Made by a program: the position numbers and the translations under genes. DNA of 38,777 nt. It comes from Terriglobales bacterium. GTDB taxonomy: Bacteria; Acidobacteriota; Terriglobia; Terriglobales; Acidobacteriaceae. Where the stretch lies: positions 1 to 38,777 of the forward strand of contig DASZRZ010000063.1 of NCBI GenBank assembly GCA_035548935.1. Reading direction: 5' to 3'. Shown here one piece after another: positions 7,996 to 17,565 of the stretch (position 1 is its first letter; every line of letters begins with the position of its first letter). The notes under the pieces are model-generated. The model saw nothing but the letters and a program-made list of their open reading frames with translations. It made no database searches and had not been told where the DNA came from.

Positions 7996-8478
7996 ATGGC
8001 AAAGAGCGTCAATAAGGTGATTCTTCTGGGCAATCTCGGCAAAGACCCCGAGGTAAAGTACACGCCGCAAGGCACCGCCGTCGCCAAGTTCACCCTGGCT
8101 ACCAACGAGCGCTACAAAGATAAAGAAGGACAGTGGCAGGATCGCACCGAGTGGCACAACCTCGTCGCCTGGCAGCGCACCGCCGAAATCGTGGGAGAGT
8201 ACCTCAAGAAGGGCAGCTCCATCTACATCGAAGGCACCCTGCGAACCAATTCATGGGACGACAAGGAAACCGGCCAGAAGAAATACCGCACCGAGGTCAT
8301 CGTCAATGAACTAGTCATGCTTGGCGGCAAGGGCGGACAAGGCAGCGGTGGAGGAGAAGAATTCAGCGGCGGGGGACGGGCTCGCGGCGGAGCCTCCTCC
8401 GGTGGATTCGACCAGCGCATGCCCGAACCCAGTCACTCCCAGGCTGCCGAAATCACCGACGAAGATATTCCCTTCTAG
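7996..8478 (+). CDS. ssb: Single-stranded DNA-binding protein
   Basis: It has an OB-fold N-terminus ([21 protein letters not shown]...WHNLVAW), a Gly-rich linker and an acidic C-terminal tip DEDIPF. GGAG lies 9 nt upstream of the ATG. Confidence 0.97.
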   Translation: MAKSVNKVILLGNLGKDPEVKYTPQGTAVAKFTLATNERYKDKEGQWQDRTEWHNLVAWQRTAEIVGEYLKKGSSIYIEGTLRTNSWDDKETGQKKYRTEVIVNELVMLGGKGGQGSGGGEEFSGGGRARGGASSGGFDQRMPEPSHSQAAEITDEDIPF

Positions 8479-8581
8479 ATCGACACGTCAGGAACCGCCA
8501 GGACGCAGAGCCACCGGGAACATTGCGCGAGAACAATCAGCACGAACTTCTTTCCCTTCTTCCCGGTGTCTCCGCGTCTCT

Positions 8582-8611
8582 GCTGCGAGTTGCTTCGCTG
8601 CGAATTGCTTG
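8582..8611. repeat. 15-bp tandem duplication (gctgcgagttgcttc / gctgcgaattgcttg)
   Basis: Read directly, in the ssb-cyaY spacer. Confidence 0.8.
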
Positions 8612-8669
8612 GGCGTGATCCCTCCCCGTATCTGGCGCGACGGGCGGCAAACTCCGCCCACTCGCTCAA

Positions 8670-8678
8670 TGCTAAAAT
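8670..8678 (+). promoter_or_regulatory. Extended -10 element (TGcTAAAAT) 6 nt upstream of the cyaY ATG; candidate leaderless promoter
   Basis: The sequence is aaTGcTAAAATcccgccATG. No Shine-Dalgarno is present, and the spacing puts the expected transcription start at or next to the A of the ATG. Confidence 0.35.
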
Positions 8679-8684
8679 CCCGCC

Positions 8685-9023
8685 ATGGACGCTCAGGAAT
8701 TCCAACGCCACGCCGACTCTTCCCTGGAAGAACTCAAGCAGCTCTTAATGGACGCCGAGAGCACGGCTGCCAGCTTCGAAGTGGAAGAGCAAGCCGGAGG
8801 GGCGCTCCACCTGAGTTTTGAAGAGCCGCCGGGACGCTTCGTCATCTCTCCCAACTCCGCCGCCCGCCAGATATGGATCTCCGCGCTCAGTACCAGCTTC
8901 AAACTGGACTGGTCCAACGCTGAAGAAGATTTTGTTCTTTCCAAAACCGGAGAGACCCTTAAGCCGCTGGTATCCCGCCTGATGAACGAGCAAATGGGAG
9001 AGCCGCTGATCCACTTCGAATAG
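8685..9023 (+). CDS. cyaY: Frataxin-like iron-binding protein CyaY
   Basis: 112 aa with an acidic N-terminal helix (EFQRHADSSLEELKQLL). The core GGALHLSFEE...FVISPNSAARQIWISA...FKLDW parallels E. coli CyaY ([35 protein letters not shown]). Confidence 0.8.
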   Translation: MDAQEFQRHADSSLEELKQLLMDAESTAASFEVEEQAGGALHLSFEEPPGRFVISPNSAARQIWISALSTSFKLDWSNAEEDFVLSKTGETLKPLVSRLMNEQMGEPLIHFE

Positions 9024-9041
9024 CTTCCATTCGAATAGCTT
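9011..9041. repeat. 15/16-bp tandem duplication spanning the cyaY stop codon (ccacttcgaatagctt / ccattcgaatagctt)
   Basis: Read directly. The TAG at 9021 is repeated in frame at 9036. Confidence 0.8.
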
Positions 9042-9097
9042 GAATATTTCGCGGCTGGGTGAAACCTTCGCGGGCTTGGTATGAAATTTTTCTGCGG

Positions 9098-10213
9098 TTA
9101 GATGTTCCCCGCCAGCTTCTTCTTCAAATCCGCCGCAATCCGCTGCCCGTGGAAGCGCCCATTCTCAATAAAGATTTCGCTGGTCTTTGATCCCGCCACA
9201 ATCACACCCGCGACATAAATACCAGGAACGTTGCTCTCCAGCGTCTCCGCATTGGCCGTGGGTCGGCATTCGTTCGGAGAAAGCTCCACGCCCAGACTCC
9301 GCAGAAAAGGATAATCCGGATGGTATCCCGTCAGCGCAAACACGAAATCGTTCTTCAGCACCAACGCGCCGTTGGGCGTTTCCAGCACCACGGTCTTGCG
9401 CGTGATCTCTTTCACCACCGAGTTGAAGTAGGCCGCGATCTCCCCGTTCTTGATGCGGTTCTCAATATCCGGCTTGATCCAGTACTTCACCTTGTCGTCG
9501 ATTGCCGCGCCGCGGTGCACCATGGTCACGCGCGCGCCGTGCCGCCACAACTCCAGGGCTGAAATCGCAGCGGAGTTCTTCGCTCCAATCACCAGAACGT
9601 CATTATCAAAGTAGGGATGAGGCTCGCGATAATAATGAAAGACCTTGGGCAAGTCCTCCCCCGGCACACCCATGATGTTGGGCAGGTCGTAGTATCCGGT
9701 GGCGATCACCAGCTTGCGTCCGCGGTATTCGTGGCGGCGGATTGCAGCCGTATCGGGAGAGGTGGAAGGATACGCGTGCGTTGGCAGGACCTTGTGCGCC
9801 GCGCCTTCTTCCACGGGCGGTGCCATGGCTCCCGGTTCAACGCCCCCGGTAGTCTCCGAGGTATACACCACAAACCCGCCATCGGCCCCGGTGATGCGTT
9901 CGACCCGCTCATACTGACGGATTTGCAGCCGGTAGTGCGCAGCGGCCCGCCGGTAGTACTCCAGCGCCTCTTCCCGGTTCGGCTTGGCGTTCGCGCTGGG
10001 GAATGGAAGATCGCCGATTTCCAGCAGCTCCGGCGTGGTGAAGAAGGTCATATTCGACGGATAATGAAAGAGCGAATTGACCACGCATCCCTTATCGATG
10101 GTCAAAGCCGTAAGCCCGGCACGGCGCACCTCGATTGCCGAAGCCAAACCGCTCGGTCCGGCGCCGATCACAATCACATCCCATACGGCGTCCAATTGTG
10201 CTTCTGTGCTCAT
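9098..10213 (-). CDS. ypdA: YpdA-family FAD/NAD(P)-dependent pyridine-nucleotide disulfide oxidoreductase (putative bacillithiol-disulfide reductase type)
   Basis: It has VIVIGAGPSGL (FAD GxGxxG) and a string of YpdA-like motifs: YPSNMTFFTT, ATGYYD, LPKVFHYY, HPYFD, VIGAKNSA, GYHPDY and IFIENGRFHG. It carries a roughly 45-aa extra segment relative to my recollection of Bacillus YpdA. Confidence 0.75.
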   Translation of the reverse strand: MSTEAQLDAVWDVIVIGAGPSGLASAIEVRRAGLTALTIDKGCVVNSLFHYPSNMTFFTTPELLEIGDLPFPSANAKPNREEALEYYRRAAAHYRLQIRQYERVERITGADGGFVVYTSETTGGVEPGAMAPPVEEGAAHKVLPTHAYPSTSPDTAAIRRHEYRGRKLVIATGYYDLPNIMGVPGEDLPKVFHYYREPHPYFDNDVLVIGAKNSAAISALELWRHGARVTMVHRGAAIDDKVKYWIKPDIENRIKNGEIAAYFNSVVKEITRKTVVLETPNGALVLKNDFVFALTGYHPDYPFLRSLGVELSPNECRPTANAETLESNVPGIYVAGVIVAGSKTSEIFIENGRFHGQRIAADLKKKLAGNI

Positions 10214-10270
10214 GTTGTTAACGATGGCTGACGGGAATTCATGCTGAATTGATTATTCCCCAAGGCGCCG

Positions 10271-10891
10271 TCAGAAACGCAGGACAAAGCCTCCGGCAAG
10301 CACAAAATTGTGCTGCCTCTTTTCTACCGTTGGCACCCCGTAATTCACCGATTCAAAGCTGTAAAAGTCGCGGAACTCACCCCGCAGGCTTACCGGAGCC
10401 AGAACTCTCACCGGAGTCTTCACATCCACTCCCGCGCCGAACTGAGCTACCGCCACATTTTTGCGCCGGTCGGGATTCAGCGTTCCATTCGCCAGCTTCT
10501 CCGAACCCTCATATTCGCCGTAGCCGCCTCCCACCGAAACCCACGGCGAGACCGGGAGCAGCGGCAGAAACTTGACCCTTAACGAAGGCGCCACATAAAG
10601 GCTGGCGAGATCGGTGATCGCCCCCGGCGCGACCGGCTGAATTTTGTGGCTGGGCACCGCCACGAACGGAAACTCCAGAAAGAACTCTCCCGCGGCCCCA
10701 CCGCGAAGCCGCCGCGCATAATTGGCGCCAAACGCAATGCTTCGGCTGAAGGTAATCCGCGGCCCCGCAACCGTCACCCGGTCGCGAACGCTTTCCGACC
10801 CGAGGGTGAAACCTAGTTCGTTCTTGCTATCCTGCGCCGCGGCGCTGCCAACCAACAGCATCGCAATGGCAGCAACCCTCAAAATCCGCAT
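10271..10891 (-). CDS. Outer-membrane beta-barrel protein (OmpW/OprF-porin-like, 8-10 strands)
   Basis: It has a signal peptide MRILRVAAIAMLLVGSAAAQ, alternating hydrophobic beta-strand pattern and a C-terminal ...GGFVLRF ending in an aromatic residue. AAAGGAG lies 5 nt upstream of the ATG. Confidence 0.7.
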   Translation of the reverse strand: MRILRVAAIAMLLVGSAAAQDSKNELGFTLGSESVRDRVTVAGPRITFSRSIAFGANYARRLRGGAAGEFFLEFPFVAVPSHKIQPVAPGAITDLASLYVAPSLRVKFLPLLPVSPWVSVGGGYGEYEGSEKLANGTLNPDRRKNVAVAQFGAGVDVKTPVRVLAPVSLRGEFRDFYSFESVNYGVPTVEKRQHNFVLAGGFVLRF

Positions 10892-10998
10892 CTTCGCTCC
10901 TTTAAAGTCTCTTCTCTAAAGTCATTGTAACGGCACGTGACTCCGCCAGAAGCTGCTTGCACCGGCACTCTGCGATCCCGGCAAGCATAAACTGGCGC

Positions 10999-11028
10999 AA
11001 AAAAACGACGCGGGCAAGGCCGCGTCGT
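10999..11028 (-). terminator. Rho-independent terminator of the gltBD operon
   Basis: The stem ACGACGCGG / CCGCGTCGT (11005-11013 with 11020-11028) has loop GCAAGG. On the minus strand it is followed by seven T (A-run 10999-11005). Confidence 0.8.
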
Positions 11029-11040
11029 CGTTTATTCCAT

Positions 11041-11125
11041 CCGGTTCCGGTTCTTCTGATCTGAACTTCTACCTTGGAACTTCTGAACTTCGAACTTCTG
11101 AGCTTCTGGTCAACTTCAGGGGACT
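11041..11125. repeat. Degenerate 8-bp microsatellite-like array (GAACTTCT/G family, plus ccggtt x2 and ACTTCAGG x2) directly downstream of the gltD stop
   Basis: The sequence is ccggttccggtt ... ctgaacttct..ggaacttctgaacttcgaacttctgagcttctgg..caacttcaggggacttcagg. It lies between the gltD TGA (11126-11128) and the terminator. Confidence 0.65.
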
Positions 11126-12571
11126 TCAGGCGGTAATGGTGCGAACCGCCGCCGGGCGCTCCTGCTCGGACATTACATATTGATCGAGTGCAGCGGCAGC
11201 CTTCCTGCCCTCGGAAATCGCCCATACCACCAGGGACTGTCCGCGGCGCATATCGCCCGCCGCGAATACTCCCGGCACCGACGACATGTAATTCGCGTCC
11301 GTGGCAATGTTGCCGCGATTATCCAGTGCCACTCCCAACTGCTCAATCATGCCATTCCGCACGGGACCCATGAAGCCCATGGCGATCAGCACCAGGTCCG
11401 CATCCATCGTAAACTCCGTGCCGGGAATGGGCTCGAATTTGGGTGGCGGTCCCACGCGAACACCGTGCAGCTTCCGCACATTTCCCTCGGCATCGCCGGA
11501 GAACTTCGTGGTCGCAATGCTCCAGTCGCGGATACCGCCCTCTTCGTGCGCGGCCTCGGTCCGTAACTGCATCGGCCAAAGCGGCCAGGGCGTAAGCGGT
11601 GAACGCTCATCCGGCGGCTTGGGCATAATCTCAAACTGGTGAACCGAAGCTGGCTTCTGCCGGTGCGAAGTTCCCAGGCAGTCGGCCCCGGTATCTCCGC
11701 CACCAATAATGATCACGTGCTTGCCCGTCGCCAGAATTGCCGACTTCGGATCCACGCTGTCGCCCAGGCTGCGCCGGTTCGCCTGCGGCAGAAATTCCAT
11801 CGCGTAGTGGATGCCCTTCAGCTCGCGTCCCGGCACCGGAAGGTCGCGGGGATGCTCCGCTCCTCCCGCCAGCAGGATTGCGTCATACTCGTTGCGGAGC
11901 GTCTCCACCGCAACGTTCACTCCCACGTGCGCGTTGGTGATGAATTTGACGCCTTCGGCCTTCATCTGCTCCACGCGGCGGTCCACCACGTTCTTTTCCA
12001 GCTTGAAGTTAGGGATACCGTACATCAGCAGTCCGCCGATGCGGTCAGCCTTCTCATACACCGTAACCGAATGTCCGGCGCGGCAGAGCTGTTGCGCCGC
12101 CGCCAGACCCGCCGGCCCCGAACCCACCACCGCAATTTTTTTGCCGGTGCGGTAAGCGGGCGGCTCGGGATGAATCCAGCCTTCCTTGAAGCCTCGATCC
12201 ACTATGTTCTTTTCAATCTGCTTGATCGTGACCGGAGGGTTATTGATGCCCAGAACGCAGGCCGTTTCGCAGGGCGCGGGACAGATTCGTCCCGTAAATT
12301 CAGGGAAGTTATTCGTGGAGTGCAGCTGCCGGACCGCTTCCTTCCACCGTCCGCGGTACACCAGGTCGTTCCAGTCGGGAATCAGGTTGTTGACCGGACA
12401 GCCCGTGTTACAGAAAGGGACGCCACAGTCCATACATCGCGCCCCCTGCGCCCGCAGCTTCTCCTCGGGGAAGTCGAGGTAAATCTCGAACCAGTCGTTC
12501 ACCCGCTCGGTCACGGGCCGCCGTGAAGCCAGCTCGCGGGAGTTTTCCATGAACCCGGTCGGCTTACCCAT
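11126..12571 (-). CDS. gltD: Glutamate synthase (NADPH) small subunit
   Basis: The N-terminus [11 protein letters not shown]...RRPV.ER..DW.E and the Cys clusters ([20 protein letters not shown]) match. It also has the NAD(P)-binding motif [14 protein letters not shown] and the ending [20 protein letters not shown] 12571 overlaps the gltB stop (ATGGGTAA). The track's 12667 start would overlap gltB by about 100 nt. Confidence 0.95.
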   Translation of the reverse strand: MGKPTGFMENSRELASRRPVTERVNDWFEIYLDFPEEKLRAQGARCMDCGVPFCNTGCPVNNLIPDWNDLVYRGRWKEAVRQLHSTNNFPEFTGRICPAPCETACVLGINNPPVTIKQIEKNIVDRGFKEGWIHPEPPAYRTGKKIAVVGSGPAGLAAAQQLCRAGHSVTVYEKADRIGGLLMYGIPNFKLEKNVVDRRVEQMKAEGVKFITNAHVGVNVAVETLRNEYDAILLAGGAEHPRDLPVPGRELKGIHYAMEFLPQANRRSLGDSVDPKSAILATGKHVIIIGGGDTGADCLGTSHRQKPASVHQFEIMPKPPDERSPLTPWPLWPMQLRTEAAHEEGGIRDWSIATTKFSGDAEGNVRKLHGVRVGPPPKFEPIPGTEFTMDADLVLIAMGFMGPVRNGMIEQLGVALDNRGNIATDANYMSSVPGVFAAGDMRRGQSLVVWAISEGRKAAAALDQYVMSEQERPAAVRTITA

Positions 12572-15500
12572 GCTGCACCTGCGCAACGGAAACCGCGACT
12601 GCCAGCGGGTCGCCGGGAATGTAATTCTGATGCGTGCGGCTAACGCCCAACACCCGCTTGAACTCATGCGGGAAAACCTTGATGAAGCGCGGCTGCACTT
12701 CCAGCCAGTTATCCAGAATCCAGCGCGCGCGCCGGCTGCCGGTAAGTTCGAAGTGGCGCGTAACCAGCCTCAAGATCAGCTCCGCATCCTTGGATTCAAT
12801 CACCGGCTCCAGATCCACCGAGGCCAGATTACAGCGCTTCTCGGTGAAGTCGCGGCGTTCGTCAAAGACATACGCGATGCCGCCGCTCATTCCGGCCGCA
12901 AAATTCCTGCCGCAAGACCCGAGCACAAGCACCAGGCCATTGGTCATGTACTCGCAACCGTGGTCGCCGATCCCTTCCACCACCGCGGTCGCGCCCGAAT
13001 TCCTTACTGCAAAACGCTCTCCCGCCATGCCGCTGAAGAACGCCTCTCCGCTGGTGGCGCCATAGAGAACCACGTTGCCCACCAGGATATTCTCCTCCGC
13101 GGAAAACACGGAATTTCTGGGAGGATAAACCACCACCCTGCCGCCCGAGAGACCTTTGCCCACGTAATCGTTGGCGTCTCCCTCCAGCGTGAGCGTGACC
13201 CCATTCGCCAGGAAGGCTCCAAAACTCTGGCCGGCCGAACCGGTCAGGTGTACCCGCACGCTATCGTCGGGCAGACCTTCCGCTCCGTACCTGCGGGCGA
13301 TTTCGCCGCTCAACATCGCTCCCACCGTGCGGTGCACATTGCGGATTGGAAGAGTGATCTCCACCGGGGTGCGATTTTCCAGCGCACCCTTGGCGGCGGC
13401 AATCAACTGGTGATCGAGCGCCTGCTCCAGTCCGTGATCCTGCTTCTGCACGCAATGGCGCGCCACCCTGCCGGGAAGCGGCGGGTTATAGAGAATCGCC
13501 GAAAGGTCCAGACCGCGCGCCTTCCAGTGATCCACCGCAGGGCGGACATCGAGCATCTCCACCCGTCCCACCATCTCATCCACCGTCCGGTAGCCCAGCT
13601 CCGCCATGTATTGCCGCACCTGCTCGGCAATAAAGAAGAAGAAGTTGATTACGTGCTCGGGCGTGCCGGTAAACTGCTTGCGCAGAACCGGGTCCTGCGT
13701 TGCAATGCCCACCGAGCAGGTATTCAGGTGGCACTTGCGGAGCATGATGCAGCCCATCGCCACCAGCGGCGCGGTGGCAAAGCCGAACTCTTCCGCACCC
13801 AGCAGCGCCGCAATCACCACATCGCGTCCCGTTTGCAGCTTGCCGTCCGTCTGCACGCGGATGCGGCTGCGCAGATCATTCAGCAGCAGCACCTGCTGCG
13901 TTTCGGCAAGCCCCAACTCCCACGGAATCCCTGCGTGCTTGATCGAACTCAGCGGGGACGCGCCCGTTCCGCCGCTATCGCCGCTGATCAGCACTACGTC
14001 GGCATGAGCCTTGGCCACGCCCGCAGCCACCGTTCCCACGCCCACCTCGGCCACCAGCTTCACCGAAATGCGCGCGCGCGGATTCGTATTCTTCAGATCG
14101 AAGATCAGCTGCGCCAGATCCTCAATCGAGTAAATGTCGTGATGCGGCGGGGGAGAAATCAGTCCCACGCCCGGAATTGAGTGGCGCAAGCGCGCAATCA
14201 CCTCATCCACTTTGTGTCCGGGCAGCTGACCGCCCTCGCCGGGCTTGGCTCCCTGCGCCATCTTGATCTGCAAGTCGTCGGCATTCACCAGGTAATTGGT
14301 AGTCACGCCAAAGCGGGCCGAAGCCACCTGCTTGATCGAACTTCGCCGCAGGTCGCCGTTCGCATCGGGCTTAAAGCGCTCTTCGTCCTCCCCGCCCTCG
14401 CCGGTATTGGACTTGCCGCCAATCCGGTTCATGGCAATGGCCAGGGTCTCGTGCGCTTCCTTGCTGATCGAGCCAAACGACATCGCGCCCGTGGTAAAGC
14501 GCTTCACAATTTCCTTTGCCGGCTCCACTTCCTCGATCGGGACCGGCTTCTCCGCCTTTTTAATCATCATCAGGCTTCGCAGCGTGGCGAGGTTCCGGCT
14601 CTGCTTGTCGATCAGGTCCGTATACTCCTGGAACGTCTGGAAGCTGTTCTGTCGGACCGCATGCTGCATCTTTCCGATGGTCTCCGGATTCAGCAGGTGG
14701 TACTCGCCATTGGCGCGGAAGAAATAGCTTCCCCCCACCGGAAGCTCCGTATCGGACTCGGTCAGTGGGCGGAAGGCCAAACCGTGCTTCATCTGCGCTT
14801 CGCGGGCAATCACATCCAGCCCGACTCCTTCGAGCCGCGAGATCGTTCCCACAAAGTAGGTATCGATCAGCTCCCGGTTCAATCCGATCGCCTCGAAAAC
14901 CTGCGCCCCCCGGTAGCTCTGCAGGGTGGAGATTCCCATCTTGGAGAAGGTCTTCAGCAGCCCTTTATTCACCGCTTTAATAAAATGTTTCGTGGCGGTT
15001 TCCGGGCTCATGCCGTCCGGCAGATAGCCCCGCGCCGCCAGGTCTTCCAGCGTCTCCAGTGCAAGATAAGGATTGATCGCGCTGGCGCCATATCCGATCA
15101 ACAGCGCAAAGTGCATCACCTCGCGCGGCTCGCCCGATTCGATAATGAGCGCCACCTGGGTTCGCGTCTCTTCCCGCACCAACCGGTTGTGCACCGCCGC
15201 CAGCGCCAGCAAACTCGGAATGGGCGCATAGTCGGGATCAACCCCACGGTCGGAGAGAATCAGCAGCGTGTATCCCGACTTCACCGCCAGCGAAGCACGC
15301 CGCGACAACTCGAACAGCGCCCGCTTCAACCCCGCCTCGCCATCCGCCGCACGGAACAGCGCCGGCAGGGTGTTCGCCAGCAGATCGCCGCGCGAGACCC
15401 GGCGCAGCTTTTCCAGTTCGCGATTCGTAAGAATGGGATGCGGCAGCTTCAGGGTGTGGCAGTTCTTTGGAGTCTCCTCCAGTATGTTCCGCTCCGTCCC

Positions 15501-17162
15501 GATATAGCTGATCAGCGACATCACCATCTCTTCGCGGATGGGATCGATCGGCGGATTCGTGACCTGCGCAAACAGCTGCTTGAAATAATTGAACAGCGGC
15601 TGCGGACGGTCCGATAAACAGGCCAGCGGGGTGTCGGTCCCCATGGAACCCACGGGCTCTTCGCCTTTCGCCGCCATGGGCTCGATAATCATCTTCAGAT
15701 CTTCGTCGGTGTACCCGAAGGCCCGCTGCCGGTGCAGAATCGTGTCGTGATCGGAACCGTGAACCCGCGAGGGCTCGGGCAACTGGTCCATCGTGATCTG
15801 ATTGTCTTTCAGCCACTGCTCATAGGGCTGCCGCGCGGCCAGCCGCTTTTTGATCTCCTTGTCGGAGATAATGCGGCCCTCAACCGTATCCACCAGGAAC
15901 ATCTTCCCCGGCTGCAGGCGGCCCTTCCTCTTTACTTTTTCCGGCGCAATTGCCAGCACCCCGGCCTCGGAGGCCAGCACCACCAGATCGTCGTCCGTCA
16001 CCACGTAGCGGCCCGGACGCAAGCCGTTCCGGTCCAGCGTTGCGCCGATGAGTTTTCCGTCGGTAAACGCAATCGCCGCCGGGCCATCCCACGGCTCCAT
16101 CAACGAGGCGTGATACTCGTAAAACGCGCGCTTCTCCGGCTTGATGTGGGGATTTCCGGCCCATGCCTCCGGTATGAGCATGGCCATCACGTGCGGCAGG
16201 GAGCGTCCCGCCTGCACCAGCAGCTCCACCGCGTTGTCGAAGTTGGCGGAGTCGCTGCCATTCGCCTGAATGATTGGAAACAGCTTCTTGATATCGTCCC
16301 CGAACAACGGCGATGCCAGCACCGACTGGCGGGCATGCATCCAGTTCACGTTGCCCTTGAGCGTGTTGATCTCGCCGTTATGGGCCACATAGCGGAAGGG
16401 ATGCGCCAGCGGCCAGCTAGGAAACGTGTTAGTCGAAAAGCGCTGGTGGACCAGACAAAGCGCGCTCGTCACATCGGGGTCCGACAGTTCGACGTAAAAG
16501 TTCGCGATCTGCGGAGCCAGCAGGAGTCCTTTATAAACAATGGTTCGCGCCGAGAGCGATGGGATGTAGAAGAAATTCTTGTCCTGGATATCGGACTCGG
16601 CAATCTCCGCCTCCGCCCGCTTGCGGACGATATAAAGCCGCCGCTCAAAGGCATCCTCATCCATGCCTTCGGCCCGGCCTACGAACACCTGCTGAATATA
16701 GGGCTGCGAGGCCCGCGCCACCCGGCCAATGGCGTCTCCATTCACCGGCGTGTCGCGCCAGCCCAGTACCGTTAAACCTTCCTCCCGGATCAGGCGCTCC
16801 AGAATCCCCTCGGCCTGCAACCGCTGGTGCTTCTCCACCGGCAAAAACGTCATGCCCACGCCGTACTCGCCGGGCGCCGGTAACTGGAAGCCCAGCCTCG
16901 AGCATTCACGCGTAAAAAACTTGTGGGGAATCTGGATCAGAATTCCCGCGCCATCGCCCGTCTCCGGATCGCACCCGCAGGCTCCCCGGTGCGTGAGATT
17001 GATCAGCACCTGGATGCCCTGCTCGATGATCGCGTGACTCTTCTGCCCTCGAATGCTGGCTACGAAACCCATTCCACATGCGTCATGTTCGTGGGCAGGA
17101 TCGTAGAGCCCCTGTGCCGGGGGTAAGCCATTCATTGAGGTGGGTCGCGTCATCCTTTGCAT
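12564..17162 (-). CDS. gltB: Glutamate synthase large subunit (Ntn-amidotransferase, FMN/3Fe-4S and GXGXG domains)
   Basis: It has [18 protein letters not shown] (catalytic Cys after the propeptide), [15 protein letters not shown] and the C-terminal beta-helix domain. The second ATG at 17153 (MTRPT...) has better GGAG spacing than 17162, so the start is uncertain by 3 codons. Confidence 0.97.
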   Translation of the reverse strand: MQRMTRPTSMNGLPPAQGLYDPAHEHDACGMGFVASIRGQKSHAIIEQGIQVLINLTHRGACGCDPETGDGAGILIQIPHKFFTRECSRLGFQLPAPGEYGVGMTFLPVEKHQRLQAEGILERLIREEGLTVLGWRDTPVNGDAIGRVARASQPYIQQVFVGRAEGMDEDAFERRLYIVRKRAEAEIAESDIQDKNFFYIPSLSARTIVYKGLLLAPQIANFYVELSDPDVTSALCLVHQRFSTNTFPSWPLAHPFRYVAHNGEINTLKGNVNWMHARQSVLASPLFGDDIKKLFPIIQANGSDSANFDNAVELLVQAGRSLPHVMAMLIPEAWAGNPHIKPEKRAFYEYHASLMEPWDGPAAIAFTDGKLIGATLDRNGLRPGRYVVTDDDLVVLASEAGVLAIAPEKVKRKGRLQPGKMFLVDTVEGRIISDKEIKKRLAARQPYEQWLKDNQITMDQLPEPSRVHGSDHDTILHRQRAFGYTDEDLKMIIEPMAAKGEEPVGSMGTDTPLACLSDRPQPLFNYFKQLFAQVTNPPIDPIREEMVMSLISYIGTERNILEETPKNCHTLKLPHPILTNRELEKLRRVSRGDLLANTLPALFRAADGEAGLKRALFELSRRASLAVKSGYTLLILSDRGVDPDYAPIPSLLALAAVHNRLVREETRTQVALIIESGEPREVMHFALLIGYGASAINPYLALETLEDLAARGYLPDGMSPETATKHFIKAVNKGLLKTFSKMGISTLQSYRGAQVFEAIGLNRELIDTYFVGTISRLEGVGLDVIAREAQMKHGLAFRPLTESDTELPVGGSYFFRANGEYHLLNPETIGKMQHAVRQNSFQTFQEYTDLIDKQSRNLATLRSLMMIKKAEKPVPIEEVEPAKEIVKRFTTGAMSFGSISKEAHETLAIAMNRIGGKSNTGEGGEDEERFKPDANGDLRRSSIKQVASARFGVTTNYLVNADDLQIKMAQGAKPGEGGQLPGHKVDEVIARLRHSIPGVGLISPPPHHDIYSIEDLAQLIFDLKNTNPRARISVKLVAEVGVGTVAAGVAKAHADVVLISGDSGGTGASPLSSIKHAGIPWELGLAETQQVLLLNDLRSRIRVQTDGKLQTGRDVVIAALLGAEEFGFATAPLVAMGCIMLRKCHLNTCSVGIATQDPVLRKQFTGTPEHVINFFFFIAEQVRQYMAELGYRTVDEMVGRVEMLDVRPAVDHWKARGLDLSAILYNPPLPGRVARHCVQKQDHGLEQALDHQLIAAAKGALENRTPVEITLPIRNVHRTVGAMLSGEIARRYGAEGLPDDSVRVHLTGSAGQSFGAFLANGVTLTLEGDANDYVGKGLSGGRVVVYPPRNSVFSAEENILVGNVVLYGATSGEAFFSGMAGERFAVRNSGATAVVEGIGDHGCEYMTNGLVLVLGSCGRNFAAGMSGGIAYVFDERRDFTEKRCNLASVDLEPVIESKDAELILRLVTRHFELTGSRRARWILDNWLEVQPRFIKVFPHEFKRVLGVSRTHQNYIPGDPLAVAVSVAQVQHG

Positions 17163-17565
17163 CTCCAGGGTTTGTAGCTTTCAGGATTAACTCAGCCGTT
17201 GATGGAAATCGAGGCTTTAGCCCCGATTCGGGGCACGTCCGGAAGCGATAACGTGCTGGCTTTTGGGATAAACATCCATTATGTAAGTACCGGGTATTAA
17301 CAATAAAGTACAATTCAGATTTTCGATAGGGGCAATGAAAAATTCCGAAGGTAAAGCCTTCCATGCGCCCGTATTCCAACCACTTAAACAGGATATCATC
17401 CGCCGGACTTCCCCCGTAAATGCCTGCTGGCGCCCACCTCGTCCCCTCCGCCCTCAGGCTGGCCTGAGCCTACCGCCCAGCACCCCGGAATGCGCTTTTT
17501 TCGCGAGGACTCCACGACAATATCGCGACACGAATCTGGCTCCGCTATAATCCTGCCACTCCCCC
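17163..17565. promoter_or_regulatory. 403-bp divergent control region between gltB and the LysR regulator
   Basis: It is non-coding with an AT-rich core (about 17270-17345). It has direct GATAAC / GATAAAC repeats 20 bp apart (17247, 17267) and a small palindrome GCCCCGAtTCGGGGC (17219-17233). Function was not established from sequence. Confidence 0.45.
17546..17551 (+). promoter_or_regulatory. TATAAT -10-like hexamer 14 nt upstream of the LysR ATG (very short, SD-less leader)
   Basis: The sequence is ccgcTATAATcctgccactcccccATG. No purine-rich RBS is present. Confidence 0.3.

Noticed and set aside
12549-15617. Plus-strand ORFs of 543 aa and 478 aa antisense to gltB
   Set aside because: The opposite strand encodes an unmistakable glutamate synthase large subunit. 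These are stop-poor antisense frames typical of GC-rich coding DNA.
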